This document shows, piece after piece, positions 25,573-34,317 of a stretch of DNA of 64,000 bases. The notes under the pieces were generated by a model. It ran no database searches. It was given only the letters and a program-made list of their open reading frames with translations, and had not been told where the DNA came from. Source of the stretch: a virus (taxonomy: Duplodnaviria; Caudoviricetes); IMG/VR virus record IMGVR_UViG_3300020137_000001, positions 6,386 through 70,385 of that record; one strand, written 5' to 3'. Numbering within the stretch: the first letter of the stretch is position 1; each line of letters begins with the position of its first letter. The translations under genes and the position numbers were made by a program.

Positions 25573-26126
25573 GTGGTATGAGCGCGCGCCGCGCACGTGC
25601 AAGGAAAACCGACCAAATATGAGTCGCCTTGCAAAAGCGGTTGCAGCGCAATTATTTTGCAACCCAAAAATTGCGAGTCGCCGCGCGACCCAGATGCGAC
25701 TCCAGTAGCGAGTTGTATCTGCGCGCGATTGCAACTCCTTTTCGTCGCGACACTGCTCGCGTTTGACGGTTTCGCGTCGTCACCAAAACTCACCTCCGGG
25801 CATCACTGCCGGGGGCTGGATCCCAATAAAACCAATAACTTAGATCCGGCCCTACAGCGCGCTCGGGCAGGGTAGAATTTCCTAAAAAGTCGAAATGGTC
25901 CTGCGCCGGTGTTCGCGTTGCCAATTACGCAAGCTACGCTCGTGCTCACGCACAAGGGTTTTGCTTGCGCCTAAAGGACGCGATCTACCGGCGCGTTGCG
26001 CGTCATAGGGGGATTTTTGATTGGCCGTCGGTTGCTTTGGCGCGCAGCATACGCGAGCATGTACGCGTAGGGGCCGACAACCCCCGACTCACAGCAATCG
26101 ACGACGAGAGACAGCGAGAGACAGCG

Positions 26127-27626
26127 ATGACGACGTACCAGCCGCGCACTCAACCGATGAAACATCAGATCGCAGCGATGGAAGCAGCGTATCGTGCCCC
26201 CGCTCATCCCTGCTCAAGCGACAGTTTCGCATATTTGATGGACATGGGGACAGGGAAGTCGAAGGTGATATTGGACGAATGGGGAGCAGGGGAATTGAGC
26301 GGGGGGCCGAAAGATCTTCTCGTCCTCGCCCCGGCAGGATCGTACCGAAACTGGTTTCACGACAAGAGCGAGCTTCAGCTATCGGAGATCAACCTCCATC
26401 TGAGCGACGATCTCAGGGATCGCGTCGTGGTTAACCACTGGAAGAGCGGCAGCGGCAAGGCGCACCGCGACAGCCTCGCCGAGTTCCTCCGCGTGAGGGA
26501 CAGACCGCGAGCTCTGTTCGTGAACGTCGAAGCTCTGTCGAGCGTCGAAGCGTGCCGCGAACTGGTGACGGAGTACCTGAGTCAGGATCACAGCTACTTC
26601 GCAGTCGATGAGAGCACCGTGCTGCGGAACCCGAACTCGATCAGGACTGAGTGGATATCGCACCTCGCCGAGATGGCAGACGTGAGGCGCATCGCCACGG
26701 GATTGCTGACCCCGCGATCACCGCTCGACGCGTGGGCTCAGTTCAACTTTCTGGACTGGAGGATCCTGGGACGGCAGAACTTCTACGCCTTTCGAGCGAG
26801 ACACGCCGTCATGAAGAAAGTTGAGCTGCGAAGTGGACCGCGGGCTGGTCGCTCGGTCAAGCTTGTCGTCGGTTATCGCAACGTCGAGGAGATCCAAGAG
26901 CGAATCGCTCCATACAGCTATCGCGTGATGAAGGAGGACTGCCTCGACCTGAAGCCGAAGATCTACATGACGCGAGACGTTGAGCACACGAAGGAGCAGG
27001 CCAGAATCTACGGCGATCTCCGCGAGAAGGCTCAAGCCATGATCACCAGTGGTGTCTACGTCACCGTTGATATGATGCTGCAGATGTTGATCCGCCTGCA
27101 TCAGGTGAACCTCGGATTCGTGGTGGATGAAGATGGAAACATCCACGATATTCCTGAGCGGCGAACAGACGAAATTGTGAAGATCGTGGACGAAGCGAGC
27201 AAGAAGATAATCATCTGGACGCCGTTCCAGCATCGCATCAGGATGCTCGACGTCAAGCTGCGAAAAGAGTTCGGGGAAAAATCTGTTGCGCTGTTCTACG
27301 GAGCGAATCGCGGAACGCGACACGAGGACGAGCGGAGATTTCTCGGTGACCCAGACTGCAAGATCATCATCGCATCGCAGCCGAGCGGCATGAGAGGAAA
27401 CACCTGGATTCCAGGCACGACGGTGATCTATGACTCGAACACGTTCGACCTCGAACAGCGACAGCAGTCAGAGGACAGACCGCATCGCAGAGGACAGACC
27501 GAGTCGGTGACGATCTTCGACCTGATCACCGACGGCACCGTCGACCTGCGATTCGTTCAAGCCATGCGGCAGAAGTACGACATGGCGACGACGATCACCG
27601 GCGAGAAGATGCGCGAGTGGATCTAG
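26127..27626 (+). CDS. SNF2-family (SF2) helicase
   Basis: MDMGTGKS, AVDEST, ATGLLTPRSP, QQSEDRPHRRGQ; start placed at MTTYQP (26127). Confidence 0.92.
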   Translation: MTTYQPRTQPMKHQIAAMEAAYRAPAHPCSSDSFAYLMDMGTGKSKVILDEWGAGELSGGPKDLLVLAPAGSYRNWFHDKSELQLSEINLHLSDDLRDRVVVNHWKSGSGKAHRDSLAEFLRVRDRPRALFVNVEALSSVEACRELVTEYLSQDHSYFAVDESTVLRNPNSIRTEWISHLAEMADVRRIATGLLTPRSPLDAWAQFNFLDWRILGRQNFYAFRARHAVMKKVELRSGPRAGRSVKLVVGYRNVEEIQERIAPYSYRVMKEDCLDLKPKIYMTRDVEHTKEQARIYGDLREKAQAMITSGVYVTVDMMLQMLIRLHQVNLGFVVDEDGNIHDIPERRTDEIVKIVDEASKKIIIWTPFQHRIRMLDVKLRKEFGEKSVALFYGANRGTRHEDERRFLGDPDCKIIIASQPSGMRGNTWIPGTTVIYDSNTFDLEQRQQSEDRPHRRGQTESVTIFDLITDGTVDLRFVQAMRQKYDMATTITGEKMREWI

Positions 27627-27694
27627 CCCCGGCCATCGATCGAATGTAGAAACGCGACGCGACCCTCGTGCGCCGCGCTGGCAGGTCGCTGCTG

Positions 27695-27728
27695 CAACCA
27701 TGGGTTGGTATCTGGCAACCCATGGTTG
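27695..27728. repeat. Perfect 13-bp inverted repeat CAACCATGGGTTG-N8-CAACCCATGGTTG between convergent operons
   Basis: Directly visible; each arm is itself a near-palindrome. Confidence 0.85.
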
Positions 27729-27947
27729 GTGGAATGGTGGTGTCTAGATACCGCTTTGCTCGCTAGGGCATGTAGGATGCCCGCTGGTACGTTCTGGCCC
27801 TTGGCCGGTGCCATGGCACCAAACCACGGTTAACGCGCATGGGCGGGTCGCCCTACTAGGCCAGCGGTCGCGGTTTTGGCACATAATTGCCCCCGGTTTT
27901 GGCACCGCAGCGCAGTGCGAGCTCCGGCGGCGTCACCAGACGACCCT

Positions 27948-28349
27948 CTAGCTACCACACGTAAACGTCAGGTCCCCGGCCAGGAACTGAACGAGCGAAC
28001 CGTCTGTGATCGCAAGCGGTCCACCTGTCACAGCGCGCGACATGAGCGCGTTGCCACTCGACGCAGCATCATACAGTGCGACGTGTGACACCGTGGCATC
28101 CGCGTCAGCGTTTCCAAAGTCGACTGTTGAATCATTCGTGATAACATTGTCGGACCCGAGGCTGATAGAGTCCCACGCGACAGCAACGCGGCCAGCGGGA
28201 CGCACCGTCGTCGTCACCTCGGTTCCTGATGCCTTGGGATCACCGTTGAACAGCGCAGCGTAGACAGTCGCCGGAGCGCTCGGCATGTCAGTTCCTGCGA
28301 TCCACATGCAGAGTGCGTTACCGAGATACTTAGAAAGATCGGAAGCCAT
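27948..28349 (-). CDS. Putative virion (tail-associated) protein
   Basis: YAALFNGDP...G.EV....R.AV.W...N...VDF.........VSHVALYDA.S.GN.L; start MASDLS after RBS AAGGAG. Confidence 0.65.
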   Translation of the reverse strand: MASDLSKYLGNALCMWIAGTDMPSAPATVYAALFNGDPKASGTEVTTTVRPAGRVAVAWDSISLGSDNVITNDSTVDFGNADADATVSHVALYDAASSGNALMSRAVTGGPLAITDGSLVQFLAGDLTFTCGS

Positions 28350-28360
28350 TGATATTCTCC

Positions 28361-28798
28361 TTAGTTCAAACCGAAGTTTAGAAAGTGTGGAAATGCTCTC
28401 GTAATAGAGACAAATCCAACAGTGACAGCAAGCGAATACACCCAGAAGGCGTGTCGTACTCGCGGTGGTGTGAAAAGGTACGTACAACGCAGTATTGACG
28501 CGACCAGAATCACGCCGACGAACGCCAGTGTCATGTCAATCATTCCAGACACGACATCAGACAATGCTCCACCACCGTTCTGCGCTCGCAAACTCACCCA
28601 CGTCGATGCTGCCCGAACAGACTCGGCGAAAAAGATCCAGAACAGAACTGCGGCGGTGTGCACTCCGGGTACATCTCTCAATCGCAAGCCGGATCGTCGT
28701 GCGTCCAGAAAGCATTGTCCAAGATACAGACCGATAATGAGCGTGAGGTTGACCGTGAGAGGAATGAGAGAACCATTGAGCCACTCACGTATGATCAT
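28361..28798 (-). CDS. Multi-pass membrane protein (holin/antiholin candidate)
   Basis: About four hydrophobic segments; in the lysis block. Confidence 0.55.
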   Translation of the reverse strand: MIIREWLNGSLIPLTVNLTLIIGLYLGQCFLDARRSGLRLRDVPGVHTAAVLFWIFFAESVRAASTWVSLRAQNGGGALSDVVSGMIDMTLAFVGVILVASILRCTYLFTPPRVRHAFWVYSLAVTVGFVSITRAFPHFLNFGLN

Positions 28799-28805
28799 GT
28801 TCTTG

Positions 28806-29087
28806 TCAAGGAATCCTTCGTACACGCCGAGTCTCCTTTCTGATGAGTTCTTCGAACTCAGCAAATTCTCTTGAGCGCTCCCGCGACGTTTCGAGAACGT
28901 CGTGCAACTCTTGATTCGCGGTCTCCTGATTGGCGATTGCAGCCCGCGCGGCTTCGAGCGCCTTGGTGTGATCTCGCATGTCATTCTCGATGTCCGCATT
29001 GATAAACTCATCCTCTGAATACTGACATGGTCCGATCTTTCGAAGACGCTCCCACAAACCCCCGATCGTCCGGCCGACGATACTCAC
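28806..29087 (-). CDS. Small coiled-coil protein in the lysis block
   Basis: GTG start overlapping the 29084 stop (GTGA), RBS GGAG. Confidence 0.55.
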   Translation of the reverse strand: MSIVGRTIGGLWERLRKIGPCQYSEDEFINADIENDMRDHTKALEAARAAIANQETANQELHDVLETSRERSREFAEFEELIRKETRRVRRIP

Positions 29088-29587
29088 CTGTTTCTCCTCG
29101 GAAGAAGATTTTCGATGTGACTCTGGAGTGCGGCCAGAAGCGGGGGTAATGACTGTACTCCCTGTTGGATGGTCTGTGAGCTTGTGGAGAGATTGCGCAC
29201 ACTCTCTGCCATCGCGCCAACGACCTGATTCAAACGTGCGTGGTCGTCCTTTAAGAACTCGAACTGGAGCTTGAGTAATGCGTTCAGCGTCTCCGCCTGC
29301 GCGTTCGAAGTCTGAATTACTCGAATGAGGTCTTCTGTCAGTCGATTCCTCTCGTTCGATGCCTCGACCTGTGCCAGTATCGCAGCCTTCGATTCGTTGA
29401 GCGCGTCCTTCATGGTGTCGCGTTCTGCGAGCCGGTATCCGTAGATCTTGGCCGCAGTCTTGTGCAGCGAACGAATGTATGTTATCAATCCCAGTATTGT
29501 CGACAGCAACACTGAGATGATTGCCCCGTAGATTCCCGCATTCTTGATCTGGGAACCTACAAATTCGCCCTCGACTCCCAATGTCAT
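29084..29587 (-). CDS. Holin-like protein (N-terminal TM, coiled-coil C-terminus)
   Basis: AGIYGAIISVLLSTILGLITYI TM; follows the spanins. Confidence 0.55.
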   Translation of the reverse strand: MTLGVEGEFVGSQIKNAGIYGAIISVLLSTILGLITYIRSLHKTAAKIYGYRLAERDTMKDALNESKAAILAQVEASNERNRLTEDLIRVIQTSNAQAETLNALLKLQFEFLKDDHARLNQVVGAMAESVRNLSTSSQTIQQGVQSLPPLLAALQSHIENLLPRRNR

Positions 29588-29590
29588 TCG

Positions 29591-29806
29591 TCATTTCCAG
29601 TTCAATCCAGTTTTCGGAGCGATCCAGCAACCCATCTTCTCGCCGAACTCGTCATGTGCGAGAATCTTGTTCTTGGTCTCTCTGGTCAACTTATCGTACT
29701 TGGAGACGGTGATCGGCTCCCAACCACCACAACCGCTAATCGTCCCGCATCCAGCGAGACAACCGCTTATCAACGTCAGCGTCACTAGATTTCTCAACGT
29801 CCTCAT
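29591..29806 (-). CDS. o-spanin (Rz1-like lipoprotein)
   Basis: Lipobox LAGC after a hydrophobic signal; overlaps the i-spanin 3' end. Confidence 0.75.
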   Translation of the reverse strand: MRTLRNLVTLTLISGCLAGCGTISGCGGWEPITVSKYDKLTRETKNKILAHDEFGEKMGCWIAPKTGLNWK

Positions 29807-30065
29807 CGATCTTTCTCCTTGTGTCGACCGCCCCGGCCTCACGTTTCTGCTGTGCATCGCGCTCGTCCTGCGCGCCCCTGTGTCTGCCGTAGATAACCGC
29901 CGCGATCAACGCGGCGATTGCTCCGATTGCTATTCTGATCGGTCTCGGGGTCAGGTTCCACAACGTAATGATGATCGGCGAGAAGTAGAACCAGAGTGTT
30001 CCTGCGATTCCAAGTCCGACGATAACCCAGACCCACGGCGAGACGTGATCAAGAATCCACGACAT
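29736..30065 (-). CDS. i-spanin (Rz-like)
   Basis: N-terminal TM segments, charged helical C-terminus, overlapped by the lipoprotein gene. Confidence 0.7.
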   Translation of the reverse strand: MSWILDHVSPWVWVIVGLGIAGTLWFYFSPIIITLWNLTPRPIRIAIGAIAALIAAVIYGRHRGAQDERDAQQKREAGAVDTRRKIDEDVEKSSDADVDKRLSRWMRDD

Positions 30066-30078
30066 CACTGATCCCCTA

Positions 30079-31092
30079 TCAGTTGATCTTTCCACTGTTG
30101 TAGTCGGTCACGACCGCGTCGGTCGTGCGCTTGGCGCTCAGGTACGTAATGAGAGCGATACCGGCCACGAGCGCGAACCAGACCCACCCCGGCACCGACG
30201 TGAAGAATGAACGAACCGGTGCTATCTGTTCGCTGACGCTCGGAAACATCTGCGTCGCTCCTGCCACGACCGCACCTACACCTGATGCCCATCCAGTCAC
30301 GTTGGCTCCGGTGCGCTGCAGGAGTGACTGATGAACGGCCTCGTTCACCGGAGCAAGATCTTTCGCAACTTTCTCGGCGCGCTGAGGTGCGATCGGGCGA
30401 ACGAACCCACGACGCGCCGCAGCAGACAAAACCTCCTGGATTTCAGGACGCACTGTTCTGTCATTTGCGTTGATACGGAATGTTGAACCATAGTCTGTCA
30501 AGAACGCGGTCAACGCACCAACCGTGCGACCACCCCACAGACCATCGACATCGCCGACTTCGTAGTATCCAAACGTCTTGAGCTGATTCTGCGCGGCCTC
30601 GACGTTCTCATCAACGGTCGCACTCGGCATCCGCACGTTTTTCTTCACGGGTCCAACCGCGCCGCGGAACACCATGTCTTGTGCACGTTTCCATTCGTCA
30701 TCACCCATCGGGTACGGTTTTCCGGCTTCCCACTGCGCCTGAGCCTTCATCAGTTTGATACCGCGAGGACCGGCCAATATGTCGTTGGTTATCACAACCC
30801 CCGCTCCAATTCCTGTCTGCTTGACAAGAAAGTCCATGTACCTTGCGGAGCTGTTACCGCCAGACCATTTCTTGATCGCGGCGGTCAGTGTCAACCCGGC
30901 ATAGACCGCACGCCAGAGATCGAACTGAGCGGCAGCACCTTGCACGAACGTCGGGAAGTTCGCTATTGTGTTGTTTTGTCCAGTACCATCGTTGAGAGCA
31001 ATAGTCGTGGTCGCTCCCCACTTCGTCGCTCTCGGGCTACCCCACATCGCGCCTGGATTCTTGTATCGAATCGATGCTGGTTCTTTTGCCAA
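30079..31092 (-). CDS. Endolysin: lysozyme-like catalytic domain, PG_binding_1 domain, C-terminal TM segments
   Basis: TTG start after GAGGAG; YKNPGAM motif; AQNQL..FGY...GDVDGLWGGRT..AL..F; hydrophobic C-terminal helices. Confidence 0.75.
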   Translation of the reverse strand: MAKEPASIRYKNPGAMWGSPRATKWGATTTIALNDGTGQNNTIANFPTFVQGAAAQFDLWRAVYAGLTLTAAIKKWSGGNSSARYMDFLVKQTGIGAGVVITNDILAGPRGIKLMKAQAQWEAGKPYPMGDDEWKRAQDMVFRGAVGPVKKNVRMPSATVDENVEAAQNQLKTFGYYEVGDVDGLWGGRTVGALTAFLTDYGSTFRINANDRTVRPEIQEVLSAAARRGFVRPIAPQRAEKVAKDLAPVNEAVHQSLLQRTGANVTGWASGVGAVVAGATQMFPSVSEQIAPVRSFFTSVPGWVWFALVAGIALITYLSAKRTTDAVVTDYNSGKIN

Positions 31093-31105
31093 TTGAACTC
31101 TCCTC

Positions 31106-33127
31106 TCAAATAAGAATGACTTGCGGCACGTTGGATTTGCCACCGGATGTATATGCGTTGAACCGTGACTCATCAGAGAAGGACACTTGAAGATGCTGTG
31201 CGATCTTGAAGTTTCCAACATTAATGATGAATTGCGACTCGTCCGCGAACGGCAGAGGCGGGGGGCCGATACCACCAGTGAGTTTGGCCGACACGACTGA
31301 CTCGTCTGTGAAGACTGCTCCAGCAAGCAGCGGCGCGGGTTGTCCCGTGTCGACCAGATCGAAAGTGAACTCGTACCACCTTACGACGGCTAGTTTTGTG
31401 ACATCTGTGAGCGTCATTCGCCAGTAGGGATAGGCCGTGAGGTTCGACGGGACGACCAGCATCAGAGTGTTGTAGGTCGGACTGAAGTGAACGGGCGATC
31501 CAATGTTCGTCCAGTTCGACAGGTCATCGGACCCCTGGATCTGCCAAATGCCGCGTTGAGTCGGCGGATTGGTCTCGCCGAAGCCGCTCGATTTGTCGTC
31601 GCTGAGCACGATCCTGTTCAGGAGAACGTAGGACGGGAACTCGAACTGAAAATACTGCCCGTTCTCCGCGTCGTTCCTTTGCGTGATGATGTACGGTGGG
31701 TCATCGATCAGAGAATTATTCGGGTGAAAGCCGCCGTCCACGAGCGCGGAGTAGTTCGACGATCCACCAATCTCCGTTCTGGCTATGTTGGAATTGGAAA
31801 CCTTGATCTTGCCCCGACGATCTCCTCCGCACAACGGTGATGTATCAGTTCGGATAAACATCTCGTTGGCGACGCGCGACGCGCCTGATCCAGACTGCGT
31901 GCACAGTAGGCTGTAATATCTAAATGGTGCGATGAGATTGAAGTTGATATCAGCATACCACTTGCTGCCCAGGAACGCTGACGCATTGAACACGGCGTTG
32001 ATGGACTTCGCCTTTGACAGATCTGTCCAGTTCGACCCATCGTCGCTTCCCTGCACCTTCCACTCACCTCTGTTCATGGTCGGCTCACCATTCGACCAGA
32101 TGCGGAGACCGGTGAGCGTTGCAGATGCATCTAGTCGGAACGTGAAACGCTCGCCGACGCTATCACTACCGTAAGGTCCGAAATTGAAATCATTGTCGAA
32201 TAACTGATTTCCCGGTTCGGAGTTCCAGTGCGGTGGATTGGTTGTCATTGTCGTCAGACCGACGATGTTCCGATTTCCGAATGAGTAGATCGACGTGAAA
32301 TCGCCGACAGACATAGACTGGTCGACGTCGACCAGTGGATACGCGGGCTCAGTCGTGTCGGCGGGCGCGGTGCTTCCATCCACACCAAGCATTCCTGACT
32401 GAGGTGGATTGGTGCTGACTGTGGCGATCCGCTCTGGACACCAGAAGTCACAGCAAAACAGGAAGAACGAATCGCCCACGTTGTCCCATGGTGCCGCCGG
32501 AATGGACAAGGACACGCCGACCAGTCGATAATAACGCCAATACTTCGACGCGTGAATGGCGACGGTCACATTGGGATCGGAGAGTTGGGGGTAGAACTGT
32601 CCCGTTCGCCACATGCCGTAGGCGTTAGCCGTCAGGTCGGCGCCGTCGCCAGAGAAGATAGCCATTCCTCCCTGCGACACCGCAGGAATCCCGTGTATCG
32701 TGTAGTAGTGTCGTGAGTTGAACGCCAGATTCAAGTCAAACGGTTGCGTCAAATCGTTCCAAGTCGAACCGTCCTGGCTCCCCTGAACCTTCCACATTCC
32801 CAGCGGAAGATTGGTGATCGAGGCGCGCGGTCTGATGAGAGAGGCTGACACGGGTTCACCAAAGTCAAACGTGAGATGGCACCCGAAGTTTCCGCCACCG
32901 TCCGATCCGGTAATGACAGTCCCGTACCCGTCGATATTCTTGATGCGCGGGCGCCATCCGCTGCGATTAAGCGGTCTTCCGTCTGATATCCACTGATGAT
33001 TGCCGTCAACGATCTCATCAGCGCCATCGTAAAGGTTCGGCAAAGAACCACCAACGGTCACCATGTTCGTGGTGATCGCCGGAATGATATTCTTGTAGGT
33101 CCACTGACCTACGGTCACCGTGTACAT
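31106..33127 (-). CDS. Tail fibre/receptor-binding protein with three discoidin (F5/8 type C, CBM32-like) repeats
   Basis: WKVQGSQDGSTW, WKVQGSDDGSNW, WQIQGSDDLSNW each followed by (W/F)RYY.L-type strands. Confidence 0.75.
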   Translation of the reverse strand: MYTVTVGQWTYKNIIPAITTNMVTVGGSLPNLYDGADEIVDGNHQWISDGRPLNRSGWRPRIKNIDGYGTVITGSDGGGNFGCHLTFDFGEPVSASLIRPRASITNLPLGMWKVQGSQDGSTWNDLTQPFDLNLAFNSRHYYTIHGIPAVSQGGMAIFSGDGADLTANAYGMWRTGQFYPQLSDPNVTVAIHASKYWRYYRLVGVSLSIPAAPWDNVGDSFFLFCCDFWCPERIATVSTNPPQSGMLGVDGSTAPADTTEPAYPLVDVDQSMSVGDFTSIYSFGNRNIVGLTTMTTNPPHWNSEPGNQLFDNDFNFGPYGSDSVGERFTFRLDASATLTGLRIWSNGEPTMNRGEWKVQGSDDGSNWTDLSKAKSINAVFNASAFLGSKWYADINFNLIAPFRYYSLLCTQSGSGASRVANEMFIRTDTSPLCGGDRRGKIKVSNSNIARTEIGGSSNYSALVDGGFHPNNSLIDDPPYIITQRNDAENGQYFQFEFPSYVLLNRIVLSDDKSSGFGETNPPTQRGIWQIQGSDDLSNWTNIGSPVHFSPTYNTLMLVVPSNLTAYPYWRMTLTDVTKLAVVRWYEFTFDLVDTGQPAPLLAGAVFTDESVVSAKLTGGIGPPPLPFADESQFIINVGNFKIAQHLQVSFSDESRFNAYTSGGKSNVPQVILI

Positions 33128-33132
33128 TTCAG

Positions 33133-33921
33133 CTACTCCGGCAACACGCCGCGTCGCATCGCGAACGTCACAGCCATGTTGGCTGCACTGGCATCCATCG
33201 CAGCGGGTTTCATCAAGGCGATCGAGTCACCCTTGTTGAACTGGTAATCGTCATCCCACTCGACGACGCCCGTTACCTGTCCAGCTTCGAACGTCAGAGT
33301 ACCGATGACACTCGCACCCTTCTTGACGTTAAATGCAAGAGTATCGTCTGGCACTGTCAGCAGTCGCGCCGCGCTTCGACCACCATCATCAGCCAACACA
33401 TAGGCATCGCGCCCAAAGACATGCATGGCGATCGGTTCACCATCATTGATGCCTTGCCCCGGTTTGCCCGGTGATGAGAAACCGACGTCATAAACTGTCT
33501 GGTCCTGTCCGAACAGCAGTTGATACAGCGGCTGCCCCCCGCTGTCAGTCGCATTTGGATTGAAGGGTGCAGATGCCTCGTGATCGCGCAGAACCATGAA
33601 GAGTCCAAGATCGAGTACGGAGAAGATGTCGAGCGCCTCGTACTCAGATCCATCGACGAATCCGTCGGGTCGATACTTGAACGCGGCGACCGGCAAGGAA
33701 AATGGTCCGCGCGTCGACCCATCGGTCAAGTAAATCATCATCGCGTTGCCGGTCACGACGATATTCGCAATCGACACGGGGAGCGGGGGGTTGTTGACAA
33801 GAGCGTCTACGGCCTTGGCGAGCTCCCACCAGTTACCGTCGCCCTCTGCGATCGACAGCTTTGATCCCTTGCCAGGACCCCACTTGTCGTTGTCGGTTGA
33901 TCTGTAGACTATGTCGACCAT
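33133..33921 (-). CDS. Tail-tip structural protein
   Basis: Position in the tail-tip block; beta-rich. Confidence 0.6.
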   Translation of the reverse strand: MVDIVYRSTDNDKWGPGKGSKLSIAEGDGNWWELAKAVDALVNNPPLPVSIANIVVTGNAMMIYLTDGSTRGPFSLPVAAFKYRPDGFVDGSEYEALDIFSVLDLGLFMVLRDHEASAPFNPNATDSGGQPLYQLLFGQDQTVYDVGFSSPGKPGQGINDGEPIAMHVFGRDAYVLADDGGRSAARLLTVPDDTLAFNVKKGASVIGTLTFEAGQVTGVVEWDDDYQFNKGDSIALMKPAAMDASAANMAVTFAMRRGVLPE

Positions 33922-34317
33922 TTATGAATCCCCACTCGTGCGCTTCTGATCGCGTTGAAGCACTTCTATGTTATCGGCTGGCTTGATACGATCCATGCTG
34001 ATAGACGTTCGCTTGCCATCTACTACATTCTTTGTCTTGAGGTTTGTCAACACCTCGACGTCAACATGATTGTCTTCGTTGTCTGGATCCTTGACACGAA
34101 CAACGTCGAAGGTGCGTTCGATCTCCTTCTCCTCGGTCGTATCGTAGGATGCCGTTGCTGATAGCTGGAATGGATCAGACCCCGGCTTTCCCCAAACCTT
34201 GGTGAATGTTTGGTCACCGGTGAACGCTGATTCGCGATATTTCCGTGGATCAAACCCGGCCTGATAGTCAGGCTCAGCTTTCGGCTTGTAGTCATATGCC
34301 CATTGAAAATCGGTCAT
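33922..34317 (-). CDS. Tail-tip associated protein
   Basis: Coupled between the hub-like gene and 33133..33921. Confidence 0.55.
   Translation of the reverse strand: MTDFQWAYDYKPKAEPDYQAGFDPRKYRESAFTGDQTFTKVWGKPGSDPFQLSATASYDTTEEKEIERTFDVVRVKDPDNEDNHVDVEVLTNLKTKNVVDGKRTSISMDRIKPADNIEVLQRDQKRTSGDS

Noticed and set aside
25868-25905. GGTAGAATTTC...TGGTCCTGC resemblance to the minus strand near 61290-61320
   Set aside because: Spacing differs (14 vs 7 nt) and the matches are short; may be chance
26718-27323. 201-aa minus-strand ORF and similar long antisense ORFs (e.g. 1419..1979, 15156..15749, 23779..24582, 40561..41217, 48738..49346)
   Set aside because: Shadow frames of well-supported genes in a GC-rich genome; no motifs recognised
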